The position numbers and the translations under genes are program-made. DNA of 24,000 nucleotides. It comes from Pseudomonadota bacterium (GTDB lineage Bacteria > Pseudomonadota > Alphaproteobacteria > Rhodospirillales > Magnetospirillaceae). Shown one piece after another: positions 9,037-16,912 of the stretch (the first letter of the stretch is position 1; each line of letters begins with the position of its first letter). The notes under the pieces are model-generated. The model worked only from the letters and a program-made list of their open reading frames with translations, was not told the origin of the DNA and did not search any database. Location: NCBI GenBank assembly GCA_021793155.1, contig JAJYTF010000007.1:16575-40574 (forward strand), in the 5' to 3' direction.

Positions 9037-10231
9037 TGCGCCGGCCCGCCAGGTCCCACATCAGCCGTGGGTCGAAAGTAATCGAAGCCAGCATGGTCAG
9101 CATGACCACCAGTAGGAACGCGTTGGCTCCCTGGCCGGCCTGGGACGATGCCAGGTCGCCGAACTGGATCAGCGGGGCAAAGACGGCGATGGTGAATACG
9201 TCGATGTTCGACCAGCGCCCGATCTTCTCGATGAAGCGATGCAGCCTGGTGCGGGCCAGCAGCGCCGCCCGGCTGGCCCGGCGGACGGACAGGATCAGCC
9301 AGGTCAGCCCGGCCAGCTTGAGGAAGGGGATGGCGATGCTGGTACAGAAGATCAGCACAGCCAAGGGCCACAAGCGGGCCTGCACAAGCTGTTCGATACC
9401 GCTGTAGATCGTATGATGGACCGTGCCTTCGAAAGTGAATGTGTTTGTCATCGGATAGAGGTTGGCTGGCCCGTACAGCAGAAAACCTGCCGCCACCAGT
9501 GCCATGGTCCGGGTAAGAGAGTCCGGCTCGCGGGCGCGCAGGCGGGCATCGCAGCGCGGACAGGGCCTGTCTTCGCGCTCCATCGGCAGGACCATGTCGC
9601 AGCTCCGGCAGGACAGGACGGGACCGGCCGGCACGGCGTGCTCCGGTGCGATCATCCGCCAAACGCGCCGCGGATCCAGCGTCGCCTCGGTGACCAGCGA
9701 GAACAGGGCCGCTCCGGCCAGGCACCATCCGCCCGGCCCAACCCGCGCCGGAAGCATGGCGACCACGCGGCTGTAGCCGACGACGCAGCCGAGCAGAAAG
9801 ACGTCGGGCATCGCCCATGGGGCCAATTTGGTCGCCCAGCGGAAGGCCCGCCCCAGCCAACCTGGCCGATAGCCCAGCCGCAGGGCGAGCAGGACCCCGG
9901 TCAGCAGGCCGAACTGGACAAATGGCAGGATCAGTACAAGAAAGGCGATCTGGATGGAGAGAAGCGGCCATCCCTGCTGCCACAGCACCCAGACCCCCGA
10001 CCCCAGTACACTTTGCCGGGCCGCCCCGGCGAAACTGACGGTCATCAATGGCAGCCAGTTGGCGGGTACCAGGAGCAGAAGGGCAGACAGGGCAAAAGCC
10101 AAGGCGCCATCGATGGTGCGGCCCGCGGTGCGCTCCAGGGCCAGCCCGCAAACCCGACACCTGGCCACCGACCAGGGCGGCAGCGGCGGGATGGTCTGGA
10201 GTGTTGCGCAATCCGGGCAGGCAATGGCCAT
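9029..10231 (-). CDS. pqiA: PqiA-like integral membrane protein (two tandem PqiA halves, each with a Cys4 zinc-ribbon)
   Basis: 400 aa. CPDC...CRVC opens the first half and CRSC...CPRC opens the second. Each is followed by multiple TM helices. Translationally coupled to pqiB. Confidence 0.85.
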   Translation of the reverse strand: MAIACPDCATLQTIPPLPPWSVARCRVCGLALERTAGRTIDGALAFALSALLLLVPANWLPLMTVSFAGAARQSVLGSGVWVLWQQGWPLLSIQIAFLVLILPFVQFGLLTGVLLALRLGYRPGWLGRAFRWATKLAPWAMPDVFLLGCVVGYSRVVAMLPARVGPGGWCLAGAALFSLVTEATLDPRRVWRMIAPEHAVPAGPVLSCRSCDMVLPMEREDRPCPRCDARLRAREPDSLTRTMALVAAGFLLYGPANLYPMTNTFTFEGTVHHTIYSGIEQLVQARLWPLAVLIFCTSIAIPFLKLAGLTWLILSVRRASRAALLARTRLHRFIEKIGRWSNIDVFTIAVFAPLIQFGDLASSQAGQGANAFLLVVMLTMLASITFDPRLMWDLAGRRNG

Positions 10232-10247
10232 GTTGCAGGTCCGGCGA

Positions 10248-10264
10248 ATAGCCCCGCGGGCTAT
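10248..10264. promoter_or_regulatory. 17-nt perfect palindrome ATAGCCC-CGC-GGGCTAT in the MCP-pqiA spacer
   Basis: 7-bp stem with a 3-nt loop, 17-33 nt upstream of the pqiA ATG (10231) and about 70 nt after the upstream MCP stop. It could be an operator, an attenuator hairpin or a weak terminator. Function is not determinable from sequence. Confidence 0.25.
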
Positions 10265-10335
10265 CTCTGATCTGCCGGTCCTAACAGTGGGAGGCCGTCG
10301 ACGGTTCCCGCGGGAGCAGGCTCTGGCTGCGCCGC

Positions 10336-11754
10336 TCAGGCGCCGCTCGACTCCACCCGATAGCCAAGGCGTATCACGCCCCAGCGTCGGCCCCTCACCA
10401 GGATGGGAACCGACATATCCTTCATCAGCAGGAACTTCCCTCCGCCCATCTCGCGTCGGTATGCCTGAAGATAGAAGGGCTTGGTGTTCTGCGCCGCCCG
10501 CTGAGCGGTGCGGTCATTGTAGATGCGCCGGTTACGGCAGTTGGCGTTGTTCCATACCGGGTCGGGCCCTTGCGGCTTGGAAACCCGCCGGTTATGGGTC
10601 GGCAGATAGCCGTTCTGATCGTTGGCGGCGCAATATTGGATCCGGGGGTCGAGCACCAGCAGCGGTTCAAGGATGTCGGGCAGCACCTGGTCGGTGAATT
10701 CGGTGAAGCGGCTCATATATTGGACCGGATCGGTGCCCGGGATGACCTGGTAGTTGGTGTCGAACAGGTCCGCCAAGCCAATCCGTCCACTGTCCACCGC
10801 CTGCTCGAACAGCTGGTTCATGCGCTGCCCGGCGGCGGTCAGCGCCTCGATGAGCGGCGTGTCGCCGGTCTTGAGCCCGGAGCCGGCGATCAGGTTCATC
10901 AGATCTTCGCCGTGGTCGAGCACCCTGACGACCCGTTCTTCCGCCGTGCGCAGGACTTCCGAGGTCTTCTTCACCCCCTCGAAGAATTGATCAATTTCCC
11001 CCAGGACTTCGCGGCAATGTTCCAAACTGCCAGTGGCCGCCGTGGAAATGCTGTTCACTTTGGTTTCCACCGTGCCGATGGCGGAGTGGAACCGCTCCAG
11101 CGCCCCGTTGATCACGCCGACGCCCTGGCTGACCGAGTCGGCCACCCCGATGGTGTTGCTGCTGGAGGCGATCAGCTGGCCGATGTCGTTGGACAGCACG
11201 TTCACCGTGCCGTCGATGCCCGAGGTGGCGGTGTCGGCCTGGCGCGCCAGCGTCTTCACCTCGGTAGCGACCACGGCGAACCCCTTGCCGGCCTCGCCCG
11301 CCCGCGCCGCCTCGATGGTGGCGTTGAGCGCCAGCAGGTTGGTCTGCCGGGCGATGGTCTGGATGTTGCGCGACATGCCGCGCACCGCCCCCAAGGACCC
11401 CTCCAGCGAACCCAGGCGCTCTTCGATGCCACGCACCGAATCGACCAGTTGGCGCACCTCGCCGAGCGCCGAAGCCACGGCGGTGAGCGACTGAACGGAC
11501 TGGCTGGCCGCCTGGCTGGTGACGGAGGTGGTTTGGCGGCCGGCCTCGTCGATCTCGCCGATCGAGGCGCGAAGGCCGTGGGTCAGATTGCGCAGATGCC
11601 CGAAAAGCTCTTCCTGGTGGCCGACGAAAGCGGTCATGCCCTGGATGGTCCCGGCGATTTCCGCCACTTCGAGACTCAGCCCCTCGACCTTGTCCAGCAG
11701 ACTGGATGCAAAGTCTTCCAAGCGGTGGGCGGCCTCTGCCCCTTGTTGGATCAT
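10336..11754 (-). CDS. Soluble MCP-like chemoreceptor with inverted architecture: N-terminal signalling domain, C-terminal sensor-like domain, no TM helix
   Basis: 472 aa with no hydrophobic helix. The hairpin tip [36 protein letters not shown] sits around aa 135-170. The C-terminal ~170 aa carry the motifs [36 protein letters not shown] and [14 protein letters not shown] recognise these as a recurrent cytoplasmic PAS/Cache-like module of signalling proteins but cannot name the family. SD AGGGAA lies 6 nt upstream of the ATG. Confidence 0.88.
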   Translation of the reverse strand: MIQQGAEAAHRLEDFASSLLDKVEGLSLEVAEIAGTIQGMTAFVGHQEELFGHLRNLTHGLRASIGEIDEAGRQTTSVTSQAASQSVQSLTAVASALGEVRQLVDSVRGIEERLGSLEGSLGAVRGMSRNIQTIARQTNLLALNATIEAARAGEAGKGFAVVATEVKTLARQADTATSGIDGTVNVLSNDIGQLIASSSNTIGVADSVSQGVGVINGALERFHSAIGTVETKVNSISTAATGSLEHCREVLGEIDQFFEGVKKTSEVLRTAEERVVRVLDHGEDLMNLIAGSGLKTGDTPLIEALTAAGQRMNQLFEQAVDSGRIGLADLFDTNYQVIPGTDPVQYMSRFTEFTDQVLPDILEPLLVLDPRIQYCAANDQNGYLPTHNRRVSKPQGPDPVWNNANCRNRRIYNDRTAQRAAQNTKPFYLQAYRREMGGGKFLLMKDMSVPILVRGRRWGVIRLGYRVESSGA

Positions 11755-11841
11755 GCGGATGTTCCCTGCGTTATATGTTGCGAGGCCTTTTGGCGACGGC
11801 GCCGCAATCTTGATTTTTGTCGGTCAAGTATATCGACTTCT

Positions 11842-13080
11842 TCAACCCGTGACACACATTTTTATTGCATTAGAAACTCGTGTTTTATAATTCGGCAATC
11901 CTAATATCACCTCTGCGGCACGGCTTCCGGAGCGCAATGCTCCCTCCAGAGTGCAAGGCAGTCCGGTGGCGGTCCAATCGCCCGCCAGAACAAGGTTTGG
12001 CCCGGCCTTTGGCGGGGGGCGCAGGGCTTCCACCTCGGCCGAGTGGAATAAGGTCGCCCGCTTTTCCTTGATGACCCGTGTTGCCAGCGGCGTACCCCGC
12101 AAGTCCAAGGCCCGGACGGCGTCGCCCCAGACGCGCGCGGCCACCTCGTCAGCCGGCCGTTCGGCCAGTTCCGCCGCCGCCGACACGGTCACCGACAGGA
12201 TGCCGTCGCGCAGGAACAGCCATTGGGCTGTTCCGCCGACGATTCCCAGGAAGCCACCGGCTGGTGGTTGTGCAGGGGGCGCGGACAAGCGGAAATGGGC
12301 ATTGACGATGGGGCTGGCCGAAAGCTCGGGCAGGCCCGGCAGCAGCACGGCGGCCACCGCCCACGGAACAGCCAGAACCACCATGTCGTTGACACCCAGG
12401 CGCACGGTCTCGTCATCAAAAACCAGTTCGACCGCGGCGCCACTCGCATCCCGCACCAGTCGCCGGAGCGGATGATGCAGGCGAACCACGGCTCCCGAAG
12501 CACCCAGGGCGGCCAGGGCTGGATGCACGAAGGTCTCCGACAATCCGCTACGGACCAGGAATGGCTGGCTGGCCGCCTGGCCGCGCCACAGGGTTCGCGC
12601 GAGCACCCGGCGGAACACGGTGGCCGACGCGGCGTCGCAGGGTGTGTTCATAATGGCGACGCCGAGGGGATCCCAGAAGCGCCGGAAATTGCGCGAGCGG
12701 CCAAGACAGGCGGAGATGCTGGAGCCCTCGGCGTCGCGCATGCGCCAAGCCGAGGCAAGGATGGAGGGCAGAAGGCGGGTCGCCGTCGCCGTCCAAAGAC
12801 GGCCGTCGTCCAGATCGAGCATGGGAAAGGCGGCGGGGCCGGGAACCAGCCCGTCGGTGCTGCCGATCCGCCGGAGATAGCGGAATACCGCCTGGTTGCC
12901 GCCAACCACCATATGGGTGCCGTTGTCGATCAGACGGTCGAGCTTCGGCTCGAACCAGGAACGGCAGCGGCCGCCGGCATGGCCGGCGGATTCGTGTACG
13001 ACCACCTCGACTCCGGCATCCCTGGCGTCCAAGGCGCAGGAAAGGCCGGCCAAGCCGGCCCCGACCACATGCAGGGTCAT
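11842..13080 (-). CDS. FAD-dependent amine-oxidase-family oxidoreductase, HpnE-like (hydroxysqualene dehydroxylase family)
   Basis: 412 aa. Rossmann motif HVVGAGLAGLSCA..VVVHESAGHAGGRCRSW...DNGTHMVVGGN resembles HpnE as I remember it. The C-terminal LAGDWT motif is typical of amine-oxidase/phytoene-desaturase folds. It is not preceded by hpnC/hpnD on the same strand. The last ~18 codons run into an AT-rich spacer. Confidence 0.65.
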   Translation of the reverse strand: MTLHVVGAGLAGLSCALDARDAGVEVVVHESAGHAGGRCRSWFEPKLDRLIDNGTHMVVGGNQAVFRYLRRIGSTDGLVPGPAAFPMLDLDDGRLWTATATRLLPSILASAWRMRDAEGSSISACLGRSRNFRRFWDPLGVAIMNTPCDAASATVFRRVLARTLWRGQAASQPFLVRSGLSETFVHPALAALGASGAVVRLHHPLRRLVRDASGAAVELVFDDETVRLGVNDMVVLAVPWAVAAVLLPGLPELSASPIVNAHFRLSAPPAQPPAGGFLGIVGGTAQWLFLRDGILSVTVSAAAELAERPADEVAARVWGDAVRALDLRGTPLATRVIKEKRATLFHSAEVEALRPPPKAGPNLVLAGDWTATGLPCTLEGALRSGSRAAEVILGLPNYKTRVSNAIKMCVTG

Positions 13081-13102
13081 CGGCGCACTACGCGGTCAAG
13101 AC

Positions 13103-13117
13103 GAACAGTCGTCGAAC
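13103..13117. promoter_or_regulatory. Perfect GAAC-N7-GAAC direct repeat (alphaproteobacterial LexA/SOS-box architecture) in a divergent promoter region
   Basis: GAAC (13103-13106), AGTCGTC, GAAC (13114-13117). It lies 23-37 nt upstream of the HpnE-like ATG and 86-100 nt upstream of the NDUFAF6-like ATG. Only the 8 core bases can be judged, so a chance match is possible. Confidence 0.3.
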
Positions 13118-13202
13118 GGGTCACCAAAACGTTCTCCCCGAAGGCGAAGCGGCCTATATAACACACCACCGGCCGTCCGCAGCAAAAGGATCGCATTCAT
13201 TT

Positions 13203-14042
13203 ATGGCTGCTTCCCTATCCTATTCAGCCCAGGAGGTGCGCCGTTACGACCGCGACCGATTCGGCACCGCGCTGTTCGCCCCGCTCCAGTATCGCGAAGC
13301 ATTGTTCAGTCTTTACGCCTTCAATGCGGAAGTGGCGCGGGTCCGCGAACTGGTGAGCGAGCCGCTGTTGGGCCGGATGCGCCTGCAATGGTGGCGGGAC
13401 GCCATCGCCGGGTTCTACGAAGGGCGGGGAATGGCACATCCGGTGGCCGCGCCGCTGGCTGAGGCCATCGCCAGCCGGCAATTGTCGCGCGAGCCCTTCG
13501 ACCGGTTGCTGGATACGCGCGAGACGGACATGGAGGACTCGGGTCCCGCCGATCTCGACGGGCTCGAGGCCTATGCCGAAGGGACCTCGGCCACCTTGAA
13601 TAGGCTGGCCCTCGAAATTCTTGGCGTGAGAGAGGAGGCTGCGGCAAAGGCGGCGCATCATGTGGGCATCGCCTGGGCGCTGACCGGACTCCTTCGCGCA
13701 GTTCCATTCCATGCCTCGATGGGGCGTCTTTACCTGCCGCCGGCGCTGCTGGCCGAATACGGCGTGGCGGCCCAGGATCTGATGGCGGGCCGCCGGCCCC
13801 CCGGTTTGCCCAAGGTCGCCGAAGCGGTGGCGACGCGGGCCCGGCGCCATCTTGCCGACGCCAGGGCGTTGCGCCGCCGGGTGCCGCGGGCGGCGCTTCC
13901 AGCGCTGCTTGCGGCCGCGCTGGCCGAGGGCTATCTCGACGCGCTGTCCCACTCGGGCAACGATCTGATGGATACCGTCTGGTCGATGACCCACCCGCGG
14001 CCGCTACGCCTGGGCTGGCAATTTTTCCGGGGAATGTATTGA
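13203..14042 (+). CDS. Squalene/phytoene-synthase-fold protein lacking both Asp-rich catalytic motifs; NDUFAF6-like
   Basis: 279 aa. RRYDRDRF...ALFSLYAFNAEVARVRELVSEPLLGRMRLQWWRDAI..FY, then LEAYAEGTSATLNRLALEILG and GLLRAVPFHASMGRLYLP. By memory these align closely with human NDUFAF6 (ALRAFNVELAQVKDSVSE..IGLMRMQFWKKTV; LRATPYH...VFLP). The positions of the DxxxD motifs read FNAEV and RAVPFH. SD AAGGA lies upstream. Confidence 0.75.
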   Translation: MAASLSYSAQEVRRYDRDRFGTALFAPLQYREALFSLYAFNAEVARVRELVSEPLLGRMRLQWWRDAIAGFYEGRGMAHPVAAPLAEAIASRQLSREPFDRLLDTRETDMEDSGPADLDGLEAYAEGTSATLNRLALEILGVREEAAAKAAHHVGIAWALTGLLRAVPFHASMGRLYLPPALLAEYGVAAQDLMAGRRPPGLPKVAEAVATRARRHLADARALRRRVPRAALPALLAAALAEGYLDALSHSGNDLMDTVWSMTHPRPLRLGWQFFRGMY

Positions 14043-14176
14043 TTAGGCCACACTTCGGCCATTTTTCCATGCATCCTGGGGGGCAGTTCAAAGGCGCCGC
14101 GATCCCGCGGGGGGTATAAAGGTCGTTGTGCCACAGTCATAAGATCGGAACGATGACAACTGGCCGCGAGGATGTC

Positions 14177-14476
14177 ATGCGCAATCTGACAGTTCCGTTG
14201 ATCCATCCGGGTGAACAACTTCGCGAAGAGTTCGTAAAGCCATTGGGACTTACCGTCGAGCGTCTGGCGACCGATATCGGCGTGCCGATCAACCATGTCC
14301 AGGCGCTGATGGCCGAGAAACGCGAGGTGAACGTCGAGATGGCCATGCGCCTTGCCCGCTATTTCGGCACCTCGCCGAAATTCTGGCTCGACCTCCAGCG
14401 CGATTACGACCTTTCCTTGGCCGAACTCAATTCGGGACCGCAGATCGCCGCTCGGGTACGGCCGTATTCCAACTGA
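14177..14476 (+). CDS. higA: HigA-family antitoxin-like XRE helix-turn-helix protein (solitary; no higB seen)
   Basis: The track ORF starts at TTG 14126. I prefer ATG 14177, with GAGGA 5 nt upstream. [79 protein letters not shown] is the classic HigA/VapI pattern. The 3' end overlaps the trmFO 3' end by 50 nt. Confidence 0.8.
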   Translation: MRNLTVPLIHPGEQLREEFVKPLGLTVERLATDIGVPINHVQALMAEKREVNVEMAMRLARYFGTSPKFWLDLQRDYDLSLAELNSGPQIAARVRPYSN

Positions 14477-15806
14477 CCAGCCAGTCCGCCAGATCCTTCA
14501 GCGCCCGCACCGCGTAAAGTTTCTTGCGCTCGCGTCCCTTGATCCGCCGGCCGCGCTCGTCGCGCTCGTCGGGCGGTTCCGGAAACAGGCCGAAGTTCAC
14601 GTTCATCGGCTGAAACGTCTCGGCTCTGGCACCCCTGGTGATGTGGTCGAGCAGCGCTCCGACGGCCGTCGTCGCCGGCGGCGGCCGGACTGCCGCGCCG
14701 AGACGCTGGGCGGCGGCGAAGCGCCCCGCCATCAGGCCGACGGCAGCGCTTTCCACATAGCCCTCGCATCCGGTGATCTGGCCGGCGAAGCGCCAGGCCG
14801 GCCGGATCTTCAGGCGCAGCAGCGGGTCCAGCAGCCGCGGGCTGTTGAGGAAGGTGTTGCGATGCATGCCGCCCAGGCGGGCGAACTCGGCGCCCTCCAG
14901 CCCCGGGATCTGGCGGAAGATGCGGATCTGTTCGCCATGCTTCAGCTTGGTCTGGAAGCCCACCATGTTGTAAAGCGTCCCAAGCGCATTGTCTTGGCGA
15001 AGCTGAACGATGGCGTGCGGCTTCACCCCGGGATCGTGGGGGTTGGTCAGGCCGACGGGCTTCAACGGACCAAAGGCCAGGGTATCGCGGCCGCGCTCGG
15101 CCATCACCTCGATCGGCAGGCAGCCTTCGAAATAGGGCGTACCCTCCCAGTCCTTCGGCATGTGCTTTTCGCCGGCCAGCAGGGCATCGACAAAGCCTTC
15201 GTACTGCGCACGGTTCATCGGCAGGTTGATGTAGTCGGTGCCGCTGCCTTTGTCGTAGCGCGACTGGAACCAGGCCTTGCTGAAATCGATGCTGCTTCTT
15301 GTCACGATCGGCGCAATGGCATCGAAGAAGCTGAGCGCGTCCTCGCCGGTGAACTGGCGGATCGCGTCGGCGAGGGCGGGCGAGGTGAGAGGGCCTGTGG
15401 CGATGATAACCGAATCCCATTCCTCCGGCGGCAGGCCGGCGATCTCTTCGCGGCGGACGGTGACCAGCGGATGGGCTTCCAGCGCGCGTTCGACGCCGGC
15501 GGCGAAGCCCTCGCGATCCACCGCCAGGGCACCTCCGGCCGGTACCCGGTGGGCATCGGCCTGGGCCAGAATCAGCGAGCCCAGGCGGCGCATTTCCTCA
15601 TGCAGCAGCCCGACGGCATTGTATTCGGCGTCGTCCGAGCGGAGCGAATTGGAACAGACCAGTTCGGCCAGATGCGAACCAGTATGGGCCTCGGTCCGGC
15701 GGTCTGGACGCATTTCGTGCAGTTGGACGGGGATCCCGGCCGAGGCCAATTGCCAAGCCGCCTCGCAGCCGGCTAGCCCGCCCCCGATGACATGGACAGT
15801 ATTCAT
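14427..15806 (-). CDS. trmFO: Methylenetetrahydrofolate--tRNA-(uracil54-C5)-methyltransferase TrmFO (Gid)
   Basis: 459 aa. [61 protein letters not shown] and [16 protein letters not shown] are typical TrmFO motifs. Confidence 0.93.
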   Translation of the reverse strand: MNTVHVIGGGLAGCEAAWQLASAGIPVQLHEMRPDRRTEAHTGSHLAELVCSNSLRSDDAEYNAVGLLHEEMRRLGSLILAQADAHRVPAGGALAVDREGFAAGVERALEAHPLVTVRREEIAGLPPEEWDSVIIATGPLTSPALADAIRQFTGEDALSFFDAIAPIVTRSSIDFSKAWFQSRYDKGSGTDYINLPMNRAQYEGFVDALLAGEKHMPKDWEGTPYFEGCLPIEVMAERGRDTLAFGPLKPVGLTNPHDPGVKPHAIVQLRQDNALGTLYNMVGFQTKLKHGEQIRIFRQIPGLEGAEFARLGGMHRNTFLNSPRLLDPLLRLKIRPAWRFAGQITGCEGYVESAAVGLMAGRFAAAQRLGAAVRPPPATTAVGALLDHITRGARAETFQPMNVNFGLFPEPPDERDERGRRIKGRERKKLYAVRALKDLADWLVSWNTAVPERRSAVPN

Positions 15807-15957
15807 GCGGCCTGACTTAAGCCGTCGCGCCTTCGTTGTCCAGAGGGCGGCAGCGCTGAACGCTGCAGGCGAAATCGTTGAGGTGTCGTTCGCTCGAACA
15901 CTTGACGGGATACGGTCGAAACGGAGTAAAAGGAAACCGTCCAGAACCGAAGGAGCG

Positions 15958-16404
15958 ATGGCCGTGGCAGCAGGTGGTGAAATCGGAGATCAGCTGACGA
16001 CCTTGGTGGCGGTCGGCGCCACGGCGCTGCTGGGGTTCCGCGCGTTCCGCATGCTGCAGGCGAACCGCTGCGCCATTGCGCCGGCGGAACTGCATCACCG
16101 GATGACCGGGGGCGAGGACCTGCTGGTTCTCGATGTCCGCAGTGCCGAGGAATTCCACGGCAAGCTCGGCCATGTCAAAGGGGCGGTCAACCTGCCCATC
16201 GGCGAACTGCCGGCGCGGCTGAGCGCGCTGAAGGAACAATTCTCGAACCTGCGCGACACCACGGTGGTCATCACCTGCCTGCATGGCCCCCGCGCCTCCA
16301 GCGGCCTTGCGCATATGCGCAAAGCGGGGTTCCGCAAACTCCATGTGCTGAAGGGCGGGATGGCCGCCTGGTCCACCGCCGGGCTGCCGGTCCACCGGAA
16401 GTGA
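15958..16404 (+). CDS. Membrane-anchored single-domain rhodanese (GlpE/PspE-like sulfurtransferase)
   Basis: C-terminal part of track ORF 15277..16404. Everything upstream of 15958 is antisense to trmFO or low-GC3 spacer. ATG 15958 is preceded by AAGGAG. N-terminal hydrophobic helix [15 protein letters not shown]. Rhodanese core [22 protein letters not shown] with active-site loop CLHGPRAS. Confidence 0.75.
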   Translation: MAVAAGGEIGDQLTTLVAVGATALLGFRAFRMLQANRCAIAPAELHHRMTGGEDLLVLDVRSAEEFHGKLGHVKGAVNLPIGELPARLSALKEQFSNLRDTTVVITCLHGPRASSGLAHMRKAGFRKLHVLKGGMAAWSTAGLPVHRK

Positions 16405-16493
16405 ATTTTACCGGTTCCAAGCAGTCCGCGACGGACGTATAAGCGTTGCCTTTCTCATGGCGCGGGGGGATCGCGTAACCGAGAGGCCGAGCA

Positions 16494-16904
16494 ATGGGCA
16501 ACAGCAGCTATTACGTCATCGGCGGCGAATACGCCGATACCAGTTTCACCGCCATCGCTATCGGCAAGGCCGAGGAACGCTACGGGCCCTTTACCGAGAA
16601 GGAGGCGCACGACACCTGGCGGGCGCTGACCGGAAAGACCGTCGACAACGCCCTCATCCGCTATCGCATCCGCCCCGAGGAAGAGGTGGCCGGCCCGGTC
16701 TGGTACGTGGTCGGTGGTGAATACGCCTCGACCGAGTTCGACGCCATCGCGACCGGCCATAAGCTTGAGACCTACGGCCCTTTCACCCGCAGCGAAGCTC
16801 TGGCGGTGTGGCGTTCCATCACCGCCAAGAGCGTCGACAACGCCATGGTGCGCTATGACATCGTCACCGCCGAAGAAATGGACGTGATCCGCGACGGAGC
16901 ATGA
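16494..16904 (+). CDS. Tandem double DUF4170-like protein (two ~60-aa repeats in one polypeptide)
   Basis: 136 aa with high GC3. Each half has the pattern Y-V-[IV]-GGEY...F.AIA.G....YGPFT..EA...WR..T.K[ST]VDNA..RY.I. I recognise this as the small alphaproteobacterial DUF4170 family (GGE...W...TVDNA.MRY). Repeat 1 is aa 5-64 and repeat 2 is aa 69-128. By my hand alignment 34 of 60 positions are identical. Confidence 0.75.
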   Translation: MGNSSYYVIGGEYADTSFTAIAIGKAEERYGPFTEKEAHDTWRALTGKTVDNALIRYRIRPEEEVAGPVWYVVGGEYASTEFDAIATGHKLETYGPFTRSEALAVWRSITAKSVDNAMVRYDIVTAEEMDVIRDGA

Positions 16905-16912
16905 TCGGACGT

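Noticed and set aside
11331-11356. A 26-nt segment identical between two MCP genes (11331-11356 and 20360-20385), with about 85% identity over ~85 nt, and a related inverted copy in the first MCP (about 1779-1866).
   Set aside because: It encodes the universally conserved MCP hairpin tip ([18 protein letters not shown]). This is paralog conservation, not a mobile or dispersed repeat. It could only matter as a minor substrate for homologous recombination.
14043-14176. Possible HigB/RelE toxin remnant, or a duplicated higA N-terminus (MHPGGQFKGA versus [11 protein letters not shown]), upstream of higA.
   Set aside because: The three forward frames give only short stop-interrupted peptides with no toxin-like motifs. 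The HPG.Q resemblance covers about 5 residues with poor DNA identity and is probably coincidence.
15887-15899. Inverted GTTCG-CT-CGAAC element in the trmFO/rhodanese spacer, plus a nearby GCAGCG-CTGAA-CGCTGC hairpin (15850-15866 region).
   Set aside because: Short 5-6 bp arms in an inverted arrangement, not the direct arrangement LexA uses. Nothing distinguishes them from chance palindromes in GC-rich DNA.
15277-15957. The 227-codon N-terminal extension of the rhodanese ORF (track ORF 15277..16404).
   Set aside because: It is antisense to trmFO for most of its length, then crosses low-GC3 spacer. The rhodanese domain with its own TM helix starts at ATG 15958 with an AAGGAG.
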